From contig JBEKWR010000024.1 in the NCBI GenBank assembly GCA_049512935.1, positions 1 through 53,715 on the forward strand: a stretch of DNA of 53,715 bases. Reading direction: 5' to 3'. The DNA is from Candidatus Bathyarchaeia archaeon. Its GTDB lineage: Archaea > Thermoproteota > Bathyarchaeia > Bathyarchaeales > Bathycorpusculaceae. Below the pieces are notes generated by a model. It had not been told where the DNA came from. It ran no database searches and saw only the letters and a list, made by a program, of their open reading frames with translations. This document shows, in pieces, positions 1-8,584 of the stretch (the first letter of the stretch is position 1; each line of letters starts with the position of its first letter). A program made the position numbers and the translations under genes.

Positions 1-84
1 CAGCGTTTAAAGTATCTAACTCTTGATTAACGCTCATTACTATACTCGCAACACTGAATTATTGAAGGGATTTAATTTAGGTTT

Positions 85-681
85 TTAGCCGATGTCGATC
101 GGTTGTCCTTTCGGCTTGTTTTGGGCTTCATCTTTAGGCAGGACGACTTCTAAGACGCCGTTTTTGTAGCTTGACTTCGCCTCTATAACTCGCACTTTAG
201 CTGGCAATTCAACTTCCTTGTAGTACTTGTACTGGAGGGTATCCACCGAAATCGTCAACGAATCCTCGGTGCCGTGCAGTTTAATGTCGGTTTTCTCAAC
301 GCCTGGCAACTCCACAACCACATGGATTTCGCCGTCTGTTTCAACGATGTCAACCAAGGGTTCGCGTTCCTCCTTAACCTGAGGCGTGCCTTTGAGTCCC
401 TTCTTGAGGTTTCCAAACTCTTGGATTTCCGGTTTTCCATCGGGACCTATCTTCATGCTGTAACCATAAACGAATGGTCCAAGCTCTTTAACGGTGCTTC
501 CGTCGGCCAGCTTGCGTTCTTTAACGTATTCTTTCGGCACTTTTTCCGTGAAGTTTTTGAGTTCCTCATCCATCATCTTCTCCATTTCACGGAACATGTC
601 GTCTATGTCGCCGAAGAACGGGTCTTTAGCCCGCTTCCGCTTAGTCCACTCAGGGTACTCGTCATCATTATCCGAAGACAC
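85..681 (-). CDS. hsp20: Archaeal small heat shock protein Hsp20
   Basis: C-terminal alpha-crystallin domain (REPLVDIVE...VELPGVEK...YKNGVLEV) and the archaeal PFVYGYSMKIGPDGKP segment. Start moved to GTG 681, which follows a GGTGA Shine-Dalgarno. Confidence 0.92.
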   Translation of the reverse strand: MSSDNDDEYPEWTKRKRAKDPFFGDIDDMFREMEKMMDEELKNFTEKVPKEYVKERKLADGSTVKELGPFVYGYSMKIGPDGKPEIQEFGNLKKGLKGTPQVKEEREPLVDIVETDGEIHVVVELPGVEKTDIKLHGTEDSLTISVDTLQYKYYKEVELPAKVRVIEAKSSYKNGVLEVVLPKDEAQNKPKGQPIDIG

Positions 682-878
682 TATCTCACCATGCATAGGC
701 AGCGTTTCCGCTCCAATAAATTTTATGCAAACAAAAACGTCAATCGAACGTTGCGCCAAGGCGGTTTTAGGCGGTGTCTTGCCGAGTCCAAAGCAATCCG
801 CATGCGGGGTTTAAAAGTTTAAATGATGGAAAACAAACTAAATGTTTTCAGCCGCAAGAAAAAAGTGGCGAATTGCGT

Positions 879-987
879 GCCGGGGTAGCCTAGCCTGGCC
901 AGGGCGCCAGACTCATAATCTGGAGAGAACAAGGGGCAAGTGCCTTGGTCACAGAGGTCGCGTGCTCGAATCGCGCCCCCGGCACCA
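879..987 (+). tRNA. Elongator tRNA-Met(CAT) with a 31-nt intron (926-956) in the variable loop; CCA encoded
   Basis: Acceptor stem GCCGGGG/CCCCGGC followed by ACCA; anticodon arm CCAGA-CTCATAA-TCTGG; T arm GCGTG-CTCGAAT-CGCGC. Removing 926-956 gives a normal AGGTC variable loop. Confidence 0.9.
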
Positions 988-1324
988 AACCAGCCTCGGC
1001 TAGTATTTGTTGCTGGTTTTTGTCACAAAAGCCAAAGACCAACACCTATTGATACGAAAGCAAAAACCCAAAGCATCGGGTACACTTGAACTTCCGTTAA
1101 CAAGTCCAGAGTTTAGTTCTAACAATGAAGTGCTTCAAATCCAATTGCTAAAAGAAAAGCCCCAATTAATCCTCCGTAGCTTTTACAACTTCACCTGCCA
1201 CGATTTAGCTGTAGCTTGCTTCAATTACTTGGGCGTCTTCAGTTTTTTGTCTTGATTGTTGCAGGGAAGCTTGGCACTCAAAAAGAATTTTGCGGCTTCC
1301 GACCATAAGCCCACAATATACTGA

Positions 1325-1819
1325 TTATTGGGTTTTTGGCTGTACTGCCTCTTTTGGGGTTTTTGGTTTTCTTGGTCGCCATGTTAAAGCACTATAGATC
1401 GTAAACACTAAGAGAGCCACAAACACTGCTGCTTTGATGGCTGTGAAATCTATGATGGCTGAGTAGAGTGCGAATGCTGCGGGGAATCCTCCGATGTATA
1501 GTGAGAAAAATATTGCTGTGGGCAGTTTGTAGTTGTATTTGTAGTCTTTAAAGATGCGTCTGCCAAAGTACAAGGCTGCCAAGCGCCCCATGCCATGCGT
1601 GCATTTTATGCAATTGTAGCATGGACGCAGGCAACCCAGAATGTGCAGTACGCCATAAATCAAGATAAGTGTTAGGATTAAAAACACAATACCCGCTGCG
1701 AGGTCATATAGCATAAAAGCCACTGAATCAAGGACAATCCATAGGAAAAGCGCTATGTTACCAAAGAGAACCAGGTTTTCTGGGAAAAAAATTGGTCGAC
1801 CGTTTTTTGGTTCTGCCAT
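1325..1819 (-). CDS. Four-TM membrane protein with a Cys/His cluster (CLRPCYNCIKCTH)
   Basis: Four hydrophobic segments; TATA-like element upstream on the minus strand. Confidence 0.75.
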   Translation of the reverse strand: MAEPKNGRPIFFPENLVLFGNIALFLWIVLDSVAFMLYDLAAGIVFLILTLILIYGVLHILGCLRPCYNCIKCTHGMGRLAALYFGRRIFKDYKYNYKLPTAIFFSLYIGGFPAAFALYSAIIDFTAIKAAVFVALLVFTIYSALTWRPRKPKTPKEAVQPKTQ

Positions 1820-1894
1820 GCCAGCCTACTGCAAACGATAACATATAAGTTTTTTTAACACAGCAAATGGTCGAGTAGAGCAGTTTCTTCCGAG

Positions 1895-2323
1895 TTAGAC
1901 TTTAGTGATATCTACGTTTACTTTTATGCCTTGCATTACACTTTGCGTCACAGTGCAGTAGTTCTCAAAAATATCAAGACACCTCTGAACTCGAGTTTTG
2001 TCTTCTTCGTTAATGCTAAGTTGAACCTTAACCTCTATATTTGCTACTCTAAGACGACCTTCCTGGTTTCTTGCTTTATTTGCCACAACCGTTGTCTTGA
2101 GGTCATTTACTTTAATTCTTGCCTTCTGCAAGCAAAACAGTAAACTTGAACTCAAACAATGACCAACAGCAGCCGACAAAAGCAAAATAGGACTTGGACC
2201 GGCGCCTGCGCCAATAGGCACTGACTCATCAACGACCAAGCTAGGAACACCTGCTGCGCCAAAATCAACTCTAAACTTGTATCCTTCAATTAGGTTGAGC
2301 GTTGTTACCTCTGATTCAGACAT
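1895..2323 (-). CDS. OsmC/Ohr family protein
   Basis: DE...G.G.GPSP..LL.AAVGHC motif and a second Cys in ENYCTVTQS. Confidence 0.88.
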   Translation of the reverse strand: MSESEVTTLNLIEGYKFRVDFGAAGVPSLVVDESVPIGAGAGPSPILLLSAAVGHCLSSSLLFCLQKARIKVNDLKTTVVANKARNQEGRLRVANIEVKVQLSINEEDKTRVQRCLDIFENYCTVTQSVMQGIKVNVDITKV

Positions 2324-2647
2324 ATGTTTCTCCTGAAACCTCATTCCATATTATTACTTAAAAAATTTGCCGCAGAACCTTTGCTGTTAGAAATAGTGAA
2401 AACCTAACTCCCTTGCTCCAAGAACAATAAGCGCAATTCAAAGAATTGCGAATGTTGCGGCAATCGCATTTGCGGACCATGTAGGTATGCTATTGCTCTT
2501 TTGCCTTTTGCCCTGTTTCCGCTAAGCATAGGGTGACTTTTTCTTTACGCTGTACTTTATGCCCCAACTCCTTAGGCCTATTTTAGTTTTTTTGGAAACT
2601 GAAAGAAATTTAAGTCCCTTCGGTAGCTTATAGTTAGGTGTAATTTC

Positions 2648-2869
2648 TTGGTGACAAAGATTAAGGTTACAAAAGAAGGCGTTCTTGTTCCAGAGCAGCT
2701 TTTCAACGAAATGATGAGCACGTACGTTAAGCTGGAGCAGATTTTAGCGACCATTGAAGAACTTGCGGACCCTGAGGCGTTGAAAGCGATTGAAAAAAGC
2801 AGGAAGCAGGTTGCTGAAGGCGAATACGTTGAATGCTCCATAAACGACTTGGAGAAAGCCCTGAAGTAA
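2648..2869 (+). CDS. Putative antitoxin of a RelBE-type pair
   Basis: Small acidic ORF (TIEELADPEALKAIEKSR) ending 1 nt before a RelE-like gene. Confidence 0.75.
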   Translation: MVTKIKVTKEGVLVPEQLFNEMMSTYVKLEQILATIEELADPEALKAIEKSRKQVAEGEYVECSINDLEKALK

Positions 2870-2870
2870 C

Positions 2871-3125
2871 ATGCCCTACACCGCTAGACTCTCAAAAGCG
2901 TTTCTCAAAAAATACCAAAGATTACCAAGCAACATAAAGTCAAGAATAACTGAAAGTCTGAAAGAAATTCTTATCAAACCTGACAACGGTACAATGTTAG
3001 TTGGTCCGTTGAGCGGGTTATGGAAGGTTAGGGTGGGGAAATACAGAATAATTTACGAGATTGATGAGAAACAAAATACTGTTGTTTTTCACGACGTTGA
3101 GCTTAGGAAAAAAGTTTACAAGTAG
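2871..3125 (+). CDS. relE: RelE/ParE family toxin
   Basis: 84 aa, basic; L.G.LSGLWKVRVGKYRIIYEID...V..RKKVY signature. Confidence 0.9.
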   Translation: MPYTARLSKAFLKKYQRLPSNIKSRITESLKEILIKPDNGTMLVGPLSGLWKVRVGKYRIIYEIDEKQNTVVFHDVELRKKVYK

Positions 3126-3227
3126 TCTTGGGGTCACTGGGGCTTTAAAATGGCAGCAGCTAGGACTTATTTTTTTGATTTCGCTGCTTTCCCCTAAGGA
3201 AACGATGACTCCCTAACCCATTTGCCT

Positions 3228-3311
3228 TTACTTCCTTGGAGGATTATTATCGCGACCTTTCCCAGACGGGTTGCCCGTTGTACTCGGCTTTCCGCCCTTG
3301 CCTTTACCCAA
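3228..3311 (-). CDS. 27-aa Gly/Lys-rich microprotein MGKGKGGKPSTTGNPSGKGRDNNPPRK (not in ORF track)
   Basis: TTG start 5 nt after GAGGTGG; TATA-like CTTAAAA upstream; contains a PSTTGNPSG.GR.N.PP motif. Confidence 0.6.
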   Translation of the reverse strand: MGKGKGGKPSTTGNPSGKGRDNNPPRK

Positions 3312-3396
3312 GCTTTCCACCTCATGAACTGCTAAGAACCCGTACAGTTTTAAGTTTTTGCATGCGCTTTTTCTGCCATCGCTTGCTTTCTATAAT

Positions 3397-3819
3397 CTAT
3401 TGGTTGACAAATAGGCGTAGCGGGGCGTAGGGTAATACTACAAGTTGGCATTTTGAGCATCTAAAAGCTTCTTTATTTGCGATGCCAACATATAAAGAAG
3501 CAATCAACTCTTCTGAGTGTAGAACTGTATTGTCGTGTTGTTTAACGTCCCAGAAAAGCCCATGAGGTGCTTGTAAATATCCTTTTTCAAGTTCGCCACC
3601 GCATCTTGGGCACTTCATGCTTAGTATTTCTGTTCGAATTTCTCTTTCTTGGTTTAGTTTCTGTAAATCAAGAGCCCTGTTATATTCGGCAAGTTCTTTT
3701 TCAGCTTCCAAGTAACATGCACGGCACACGTACTTTCCGCATAACTCTTTGTAGACTGCTATAGAGCTCCATCTTGTACCGTCGTATGTTTTCTTATTAC
3801 ATTTTGCACAAACAGGCAT
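3397..3819 (-). CDS. Double zinc-ribbon protein (C-terminal part PF20097-like)
   Basis: CAKC...CRAC, then MKCPRCGGELEKGYL...W...AFRCSKC. Confidence 0.75.
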   Translation of the reverse strand: MPVCAKCNKKTYDGTRWSSIAVYKELCGKYVCRACYLEAEKELAEYNRALDLQKLNQEREIRTEILSMKCPRCGGELEKGYLQAPHGLFWDVKQHDNTVLHSEELIASLYVGIANKEAFRCSKCQLVVLPYAPLRLFVNQ

Positions 3820-3986
3820 TTTACGTCCCTAATTTCATCAACTTACCTTTTATTTGTTTGCAACGTTTTTTAAAACTTGCCCTTGCGCTTTTTTTCCATT
3901 GCTTGTTTTTTCTTCGCTGTGCGGTTTTAAGACTTTTTCAGGCAAATGACAAAAGAAATAAGATAGCTACAGCGTATTCATTGTGC

Positions 3987-4268
3987 ATGGATGAGAAATC
4001 AAGCGGTGCCTATTACGCGGGAACGCTCTGCTTGGTAGCTTTTGCGTTGTTAGCGTACAAAGCCGTTTTTAGTTATTTAGATTCGTCTGGTTCGATAGTT
4101 TGGGCTTATGCTGTTACTTCTGGTTTTTTCGGCGTTTTAGGTTTCGCCAGTATCGCAAAGCCAAAATCTAAAATTGGTAGACTCACAGGGTACATTTTCA
4201 GAAACACACTTAGACGTGAAGCAGACCCTGAGAAAAATCAGCAGAAGCAAGAATCACAAGAAACTTGA
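3987..4268 (+). CDS. Small two-TM membrane protein
   Basis: ATG at 3987 (MDEKSS...), two hydrophobic helices, polar tail. Confidence 0.6.
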   Translation: MDEKSSGAYYAGTLCLVAFALLAYKAVFSYLDSSGSIVWAYAVTSGFFGVLGFASIAKPKSKIGRLTGYIFRNTLRREADPEKNQQKQESQET

Positions 4269-4297
4269 GCTTTAATGATCACAATTTGCGTTTGCAA

Positions 4298-4510
4298 CTA
4301 GCCTATCAAAGAATAAGCGATGGCGCCTATTCCCAGGGCGATTAGAAAGAAGGGCATGGTTACTCTCAGAACGTAGCTTCCCCATGCCAGTTGGCCTGCA
4401 CCCCCAACTTTTTTCGGAATGTAGAGAAGCAGCAAGAAACCCAGGAGCAGGCTTCCGATCCCCAAGATAACGAAGTTTTCGATCATGCCCATCCAGTCCC
4501 GGTTTAGCAA
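4298..4510 (-). CDS. Small two-TM membrane protein
   Basis: Hydrophobic hairpin; exact start uncertain. Confidence 0.55.
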   Translation of the reverse strand: MLNRDWMGMIENFVILGIGSLLLGFLLLLYIPKKVGGAGQLAWGSYVLRVTMPFFLIALGIGAIAYSLIG

Positions 4511-4603
4511 GTAAGGATTGTCAGCTCTGAGGCTTTAAGCTTTAAGATTTTTCCCATGTGTTTTGTGCAGTCAAGCCAGAGAGGCCAATGGTTCGCTTTT
4601 TTC

Positions 4604-5191
4604 TTATGGCGTGTTTGTCCAGACGGGGGTTACGGTCCAGTTGGCGAGGACGCCTTCGTGGTAAAGGTCCAGATTAACCGTCGCGAACCTGCCTGCGGTT
4701 AGGTTTCCAAGCTGCGTCGAACCTGGGGTACATAAGGTGGCGTCGATTGTGGGGTTGGTTCCGTAGTCGTAGCCGTTGGCTAGGGTAACGGTCATGTTTA
4801 TTGCTATGTGGCCCGAGACGGCGTAGGCGACGACTTTTAATCCTGCATTGTACGCTGTGCTTCCGCCAATGTTGTATGCGGTGCCTTGGATGAAGAGTCG
4901 CCAGTAGGGATAAAACGAGTTTTCGGCATCTACTTGGCTGACGCCTAAAGACGCGAAAATGTACGGCTCGCTCAAGTTTGTCTCCTGTGAAACTTGGCTG
5001 GTTAAACTGGCTACGTCGCTGTTCTTGCCTGCGATTTCACCGTTCAAACTTGCGATTTCGCTGTCCAAGCTCGTTATTTTCGCGTTTTTACCGCCTAACA
5101 AGCCGTTGTAATATGTGATTGTTCCCGAGATTGCGCTCATAAAGAGAACCGCGACGACCACGGCAACTGCGACTTTACCTTTGGATTCTAT
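4604..5191 (-). CDS. Membrane-anchored exported protein with coiled-coil and Ig-like beta domain
   Basis: N-terminal TM, short heptad segment, beta-rich C-terminus (GTAYNIGGSTAYN). Frame extends to ATA at 5191 just after GGTGA. Confidence 0.7.
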   Translation of the reverse strand: MESKGKVAVAVVVAVLFMSAISGTITYYNGLLGGKNAKITSLDSEIASLNGEIAGKNSDVASLTSQVSQETNLSEPYIFASLGVSQVDAENSFYPYWRLFIQGTAYNIGGSTAYNAGLKVVAYAVSGHIAINMTVTLANGYDYGTNPTIDATLCTPGSTQLGNLTAGRFATVNLDLYHEGVLANWTVTPVWTNTP

Positions 5192-5430
5192 GGCTCACCA
5201 GTGAAATGGCTTTCAATAAAAGGGTGTTCGTCAAGATTTCTTGACTTATTCTTTCCCCAGTTTAGTCAAATTTTCTTGACTAAGCTGCTGCCTGTTTGAA
5301 TATGGAAATTATCCTTCGCTTTTTCCTGCAAACTACAGAAAAAAGTTCATGCTCAGATCCGCATGGAACATTCTTCCTTGCAAGATTATATAGTTTAAGC
5401 GGTTGCTAGGCTGTTAGGGGAACCACATTT

Positions 5431-5649
5431 TTGGAGCGTAAAGAAGCAGTTGCGTTGCTTAGGGAGCTGGTAAACAACAACCTGGCTGAGTCTTCACTGG
5501 TGTCTATCGAAAAAAACCCGAGCGGCGACTTTAACCTAATCATGAAGGACTACTGCGGCACCAAAGAGCTTAAGCTGTTTGTCGCTGGAAAAAACCTCAA
5601 AATCGACGTGGATGAGCAGAAAGGCTACTGCATAATCCATAAATCCTAA
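5431..5649 (+). CDS. Small hypothetical protein
   Basis: 72 aa, TATA-like TTATATA upstream, protein-like composition. Confidence 0.65.
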   Translation: MERKEAVALLRELVNNNLAESSLVSIEKNPSGDFNLIMKDYCGTKELKLFVAGKNLKIDVDEQKGYCIIHKS

Positions 5650-5807
5650 CCCTTTCTGCTCCTCCACCAAATTTTCCGTTTTATCCGCGTGCTTCTTGAT
5701 AGTCAGGGGAGAACGAAAGATTTTAAACCGACGCTTATCTCAAGCAGCTTGGTGGCTTGCCCTCCGCTGCTCTTTTACAGAAAACCATGAACAAACCCAC
5801 ATGGTGC

Positions 5808-6221
5808 CTAAGCCAGCAACGGCTGAATCCCACTCGGTTTTCTTGACTCTAAGTAAGCTTCGTAATTCTTGAGTGAGACAAGGGCACCGAGCACTATGTA
5901 GAGGACAGTTACTCCTAAAGGAAGCCCGCCGCCTACTTCAAGGCTGGGTTGAGTGCTTATCGCCACTCTTAGGATTACACCGATGGCACCCAAAATTGAC
6001 GCACCAGCAAAACTCCAGAATTTTCCTTTTCGGCAATAGTAAATAAAAATGAACGCCAAAACGATAATGGGGGTAACTGAGCCTGCGGCGAGAATCTGAA
6101 CTCCAAGTGGAACGCTGATGATTATGATTACGAGCGCAATTATGATGGCGATTACAAAAATGTAGAGCAAGCCGATCGCGGTTCTCATGTTGATGCTCAA
6201 CTCCTTCGTTTCAGTTGCCAA
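5808..6221 (-). CDS. Four-TM membrane protein
   Basis: Four hydrophobic helices. Confidence 0.7.
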   Translation of the reverse strand: MATETKELSINMRTAIGLLYIFVIAIIIALVIIIISVPLGVQILAAGSVTPIIVLAFIFIYYCRKGKFWSFAGASILGAIGVILRVAISTQPSLEVGGGLPLGVTVLYIVLGALVSLKNYEAYLESRKPSGIQPLLA

Positions 6222-6339
6222 TTCCTTCGCTTCCAGCGCGTTAACTGTATATGTTTATCCATTAAAAACAAGCGGTAAGTAAACCTTGTGAAATCTTAAT
6301 AAGCGTTCGCGACAAAACTTCACTCTCTGGGGTTAATCC

Positions 6340-6699
6340 ATGAGAGACTACGACAACTTTTTCCTGCCAAGCGGCGACTTGAAAAAGGGCAAAGAGTTCT
6401 ACCAAGACATCTTGGGGCTTCCCGTTAAGTTTGACTTTTCAGGCATGGGCATGATAGCCTTCAAAGTCGGCGACAACGAACCCGCCATCATCCTCAAAGA
6501 CACCAGCAAGTTCCCCGACGCGAAGCCGACCATTTGGTTCGTTGTGGACAGCGTGAGGGAAGAGTACAAGCGGCTGACCGCGAAAGGCCTGAAGTTCCTG
6601 TCAGAGCCGTTTGAGATTCACACGGGCATGGCGGCAGAGTTCGAAGACCCCTTCGGCAACAGACTAGGCATAACAGACTACTCTAAGACTCCGAAGTAG
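6340..6699 (+). CDS. VOC/glyoxalase family protein
   Basis: FY.DILGL, IWFVVDSV...Y..L, and FEDPFGNRLGI motifs. Confidence 0.9.
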   Translation: MRDYDNFFLPSGDLKKGKEFYQDILGLPVKFDFSGMGMIAFKVGDNEPAIILKDTSKFPDAKPTIWFVVDSVREEYKRLTAKGLKFLSEPFEIHTGMAAEFEDPFGNRLGITDYSKTPK

Positions 6700-6714
6700 C
6701 TTGGGGCGCTGAAT

Positions 6715-6903
6715 GTGAGCTTTAGGAAGACGGGCAGGTGGAAAAGGCAGCAGGCTAAGATGTTGGTGCGTTCGGCTAAGAAGCCGATTTTCAGGCACCG
6801 TGTCATGAGGGGAATGGATACCGTGCGTGGTGGACCCAGATACAACCTTGGGAACCGCAGAGACACAAGATTGATGAACAGGCACAAGAGAAAAAAACAT
6901 TGA
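6715..6903 (+). CDS. Small, extremely basic hypothetical protein (62 aa)
   Basis: Fills the gap between two genes on the same strand; Arg/Lys-rich. Confidence 0.5.
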   Translation: MSFRKTGRWKRQQAKMLVRSAKKPIFRHRVMRGMDTVRGGPRYNLGNRRDTRLMNRHKRKKH

Positions 6904-6960
6904 CGCCCCTGATAAGGATAAGTTTTTACGTTTTCCCCCGTATTTTAACGCGAACACGCC

Positions 6961-8544
6961 TTGCCAAGAAAAATTGAATATCCACAGGTTCCTCTCCAAG
7001 GAATCCTTCATGAAAGCGCTGAGAAATTTCCGCAAAAAACCGCCATAGTCTGCGGCGAACGAGAAATTACTTATGCGAGGTTGGACGCGGTTTCTAACCA
7101 GTTTGCCAATGCCCTGTCCAAGTTAGGGGTAAAGAAAGGCGACCGAGTCGCAGTTTTTCTGCCAAACGTTCCCGAGTTCATAATCGCCTACTTCGGAACC
7201 CTTAAGGCAGGCGCGGTTGTGACGGCGATTAGCCCGCTGCATCGGGAACGCGAAGTCGAGTATCAACTGCGGGATTCGGGAGCCGAAGCCATCGTTACGC
7301 TGGATTCTCTTTTTGGCGTAGTGGATCATGTTTGGGCTAAAACAAACCTGAAAAACGTCATTGTAGCCAGCCTAGACGCGTCAAAAGCAGGGCTCCCAAG
7401 CAAACCAAACGTGCGGGGTTTTCACCAGCTAACAGAGGAAGCCTCAGCGGCTGCCCTCGAAGTTGAGATTGACCCGCGGGAAGACTTGGCGGCGTTGCAG
7501 TACACGGGCGGCACCACGGGAACGCCTAAAGCTGCGATGCTGACCCACAGCAACCTGCTTTCGAACGCGCTTGCCTTCGCCGCCTGGATCGGAGGCAAAC
7601 CCGCTCAGGAAACTTTCCTGACTGCGCTTCCGCTTTTTCACATTTACGGGATGACGACCAGCATGACCGTGCCCGTCAGCCTGGCAGCGACTATGGTTTT
7701 GATGCCTAGGTTTGAGCCAGCCAAAGCCCTGGAAGCCATCCAGCGCCACGGGGTCACGGTTTTCTGCGGCGTTCCAACCATGTACCAAGCGCTCTTAGCA
7801 AGCCCTGAGCTCGGCAGGTACGATTTAACGTCGGTTCGCGTATGCATCAGCGGCGCCTCGCCCCTGCCGCCCAACGTTCAGAAACGGTTCATGCAGGTCA
7901 CGGGCGGATTCTTGGCGGAAGGCTACGGACTCACGGAGGCGTCACCCGTTACCCACTGCAACCCCGTCGATAGGTCTATGCGGACGGTGAAGGTTGGCTC
8001 AATCGGGTTGCCCCTGCCCGGCACGGAAGCGCGCATCGTCGATTTGGAAACGGGCAAGCCGCTGGCGGTGGGCGAGGTGGGCGAGTTGGCTGTGAAGGGT
8101 CCGCAGGTGATGAAGGGCTACTGGCAAAGACCTGAGGAAACCGCCGCTGTGCTCCGCGACGGGTGGCTGCTGACAGGAGACATCGCATGCGTGGACGCTG
8201 AAGGCTACTTTTTCATAACTGACCGCAAGAAAGACCTCATAAAATACAAGGATTACAGCGTGTACCCCCGCGAACTCGAAGACGTCCTCTACGAGCACCC
8301 AGCCGTCAAGCTGTGCGCGGTCATCGGCAAACCAGACTCGCAGGCGGGCGAAGTCCCCAAGGCTTACGTTGTGCTCAAAGAAGGCGCGGCTGTCTCAGCG
8401 GAGGAGTTCATGGCTTTTGTCAACGGCAAGGTGGCATCGTACAAGGCAATCCGCATGGTTGCGTTCAGGACGGAGCTGCCTGTCAGTTCAGCGGGCAAAG
8501 TTTTAAGGCGTCTACTTGAGGAAGAAGAAAGGCTAAATTCTTAA
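6961..8544 (+). CDS. Long-chain fatty acid--CoA ligase (AMP-binding family)
   Basis: YTGGTTGTPK, EGYGLTE, GWLLTGD and terminal SAGKVLRR adenylation motifs. Confidence 0.93.
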   Translation: MPRKIEYPQVPLQGILHESAEKFPQKTAIVCGEREITYARLDAVSNQFANALSKLGVKKGDRVAVFLPNVPEFIIAYFGTLKAGAVVTAISPLHREREVEYQLRDSGAEAIVTLDSLFGVVDHVWAKTNLKNVIVASLDASKAGLPSKPNVRGFHQLTEEASAAALEVEIDPREDLAALQYTGGTTGTPKAAMLTHSNLLSNALAFAAWIGGKPAQETFLTALPLFHIYGMTTSMTVPVSLAATMVLMPRFEPAKALEAIQRHGVTVFCGVPTMYQALLASPELGRYDLTSVRVCISGASPLPPNVQKRFMQVTGGFLAEGYGLTEASPVTHCNPVDRSMRTVKVGSIGLPLPGTEARIVDLETGKPLAVGEVGELAVKGPQVMKGYWQRPEETAAVLRDGWLLTGDIACVDAEGYFFITDRKKDLIKYKDYSVYPRELEDVLYEHPAVKLCAVIGKPDSQAGEVPKAYVVLKEGAAVSAEEFMAFVNGKVASYKAIRMVAFRTELPVSSAGKVLRRLLEEEERLNS

Positions 8545-8584
8545 GCGTTGACGAAATGTATAAGAGAAAACCTCTGTTTGGGTT

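Noticed and set aside
879-987. tRNA-Met as the attachment site of the provirus
   Set aside because: It is 26 kb from the viral genes, separated by core genes, and no direct repeat of its 3' end was seen near the viral region.
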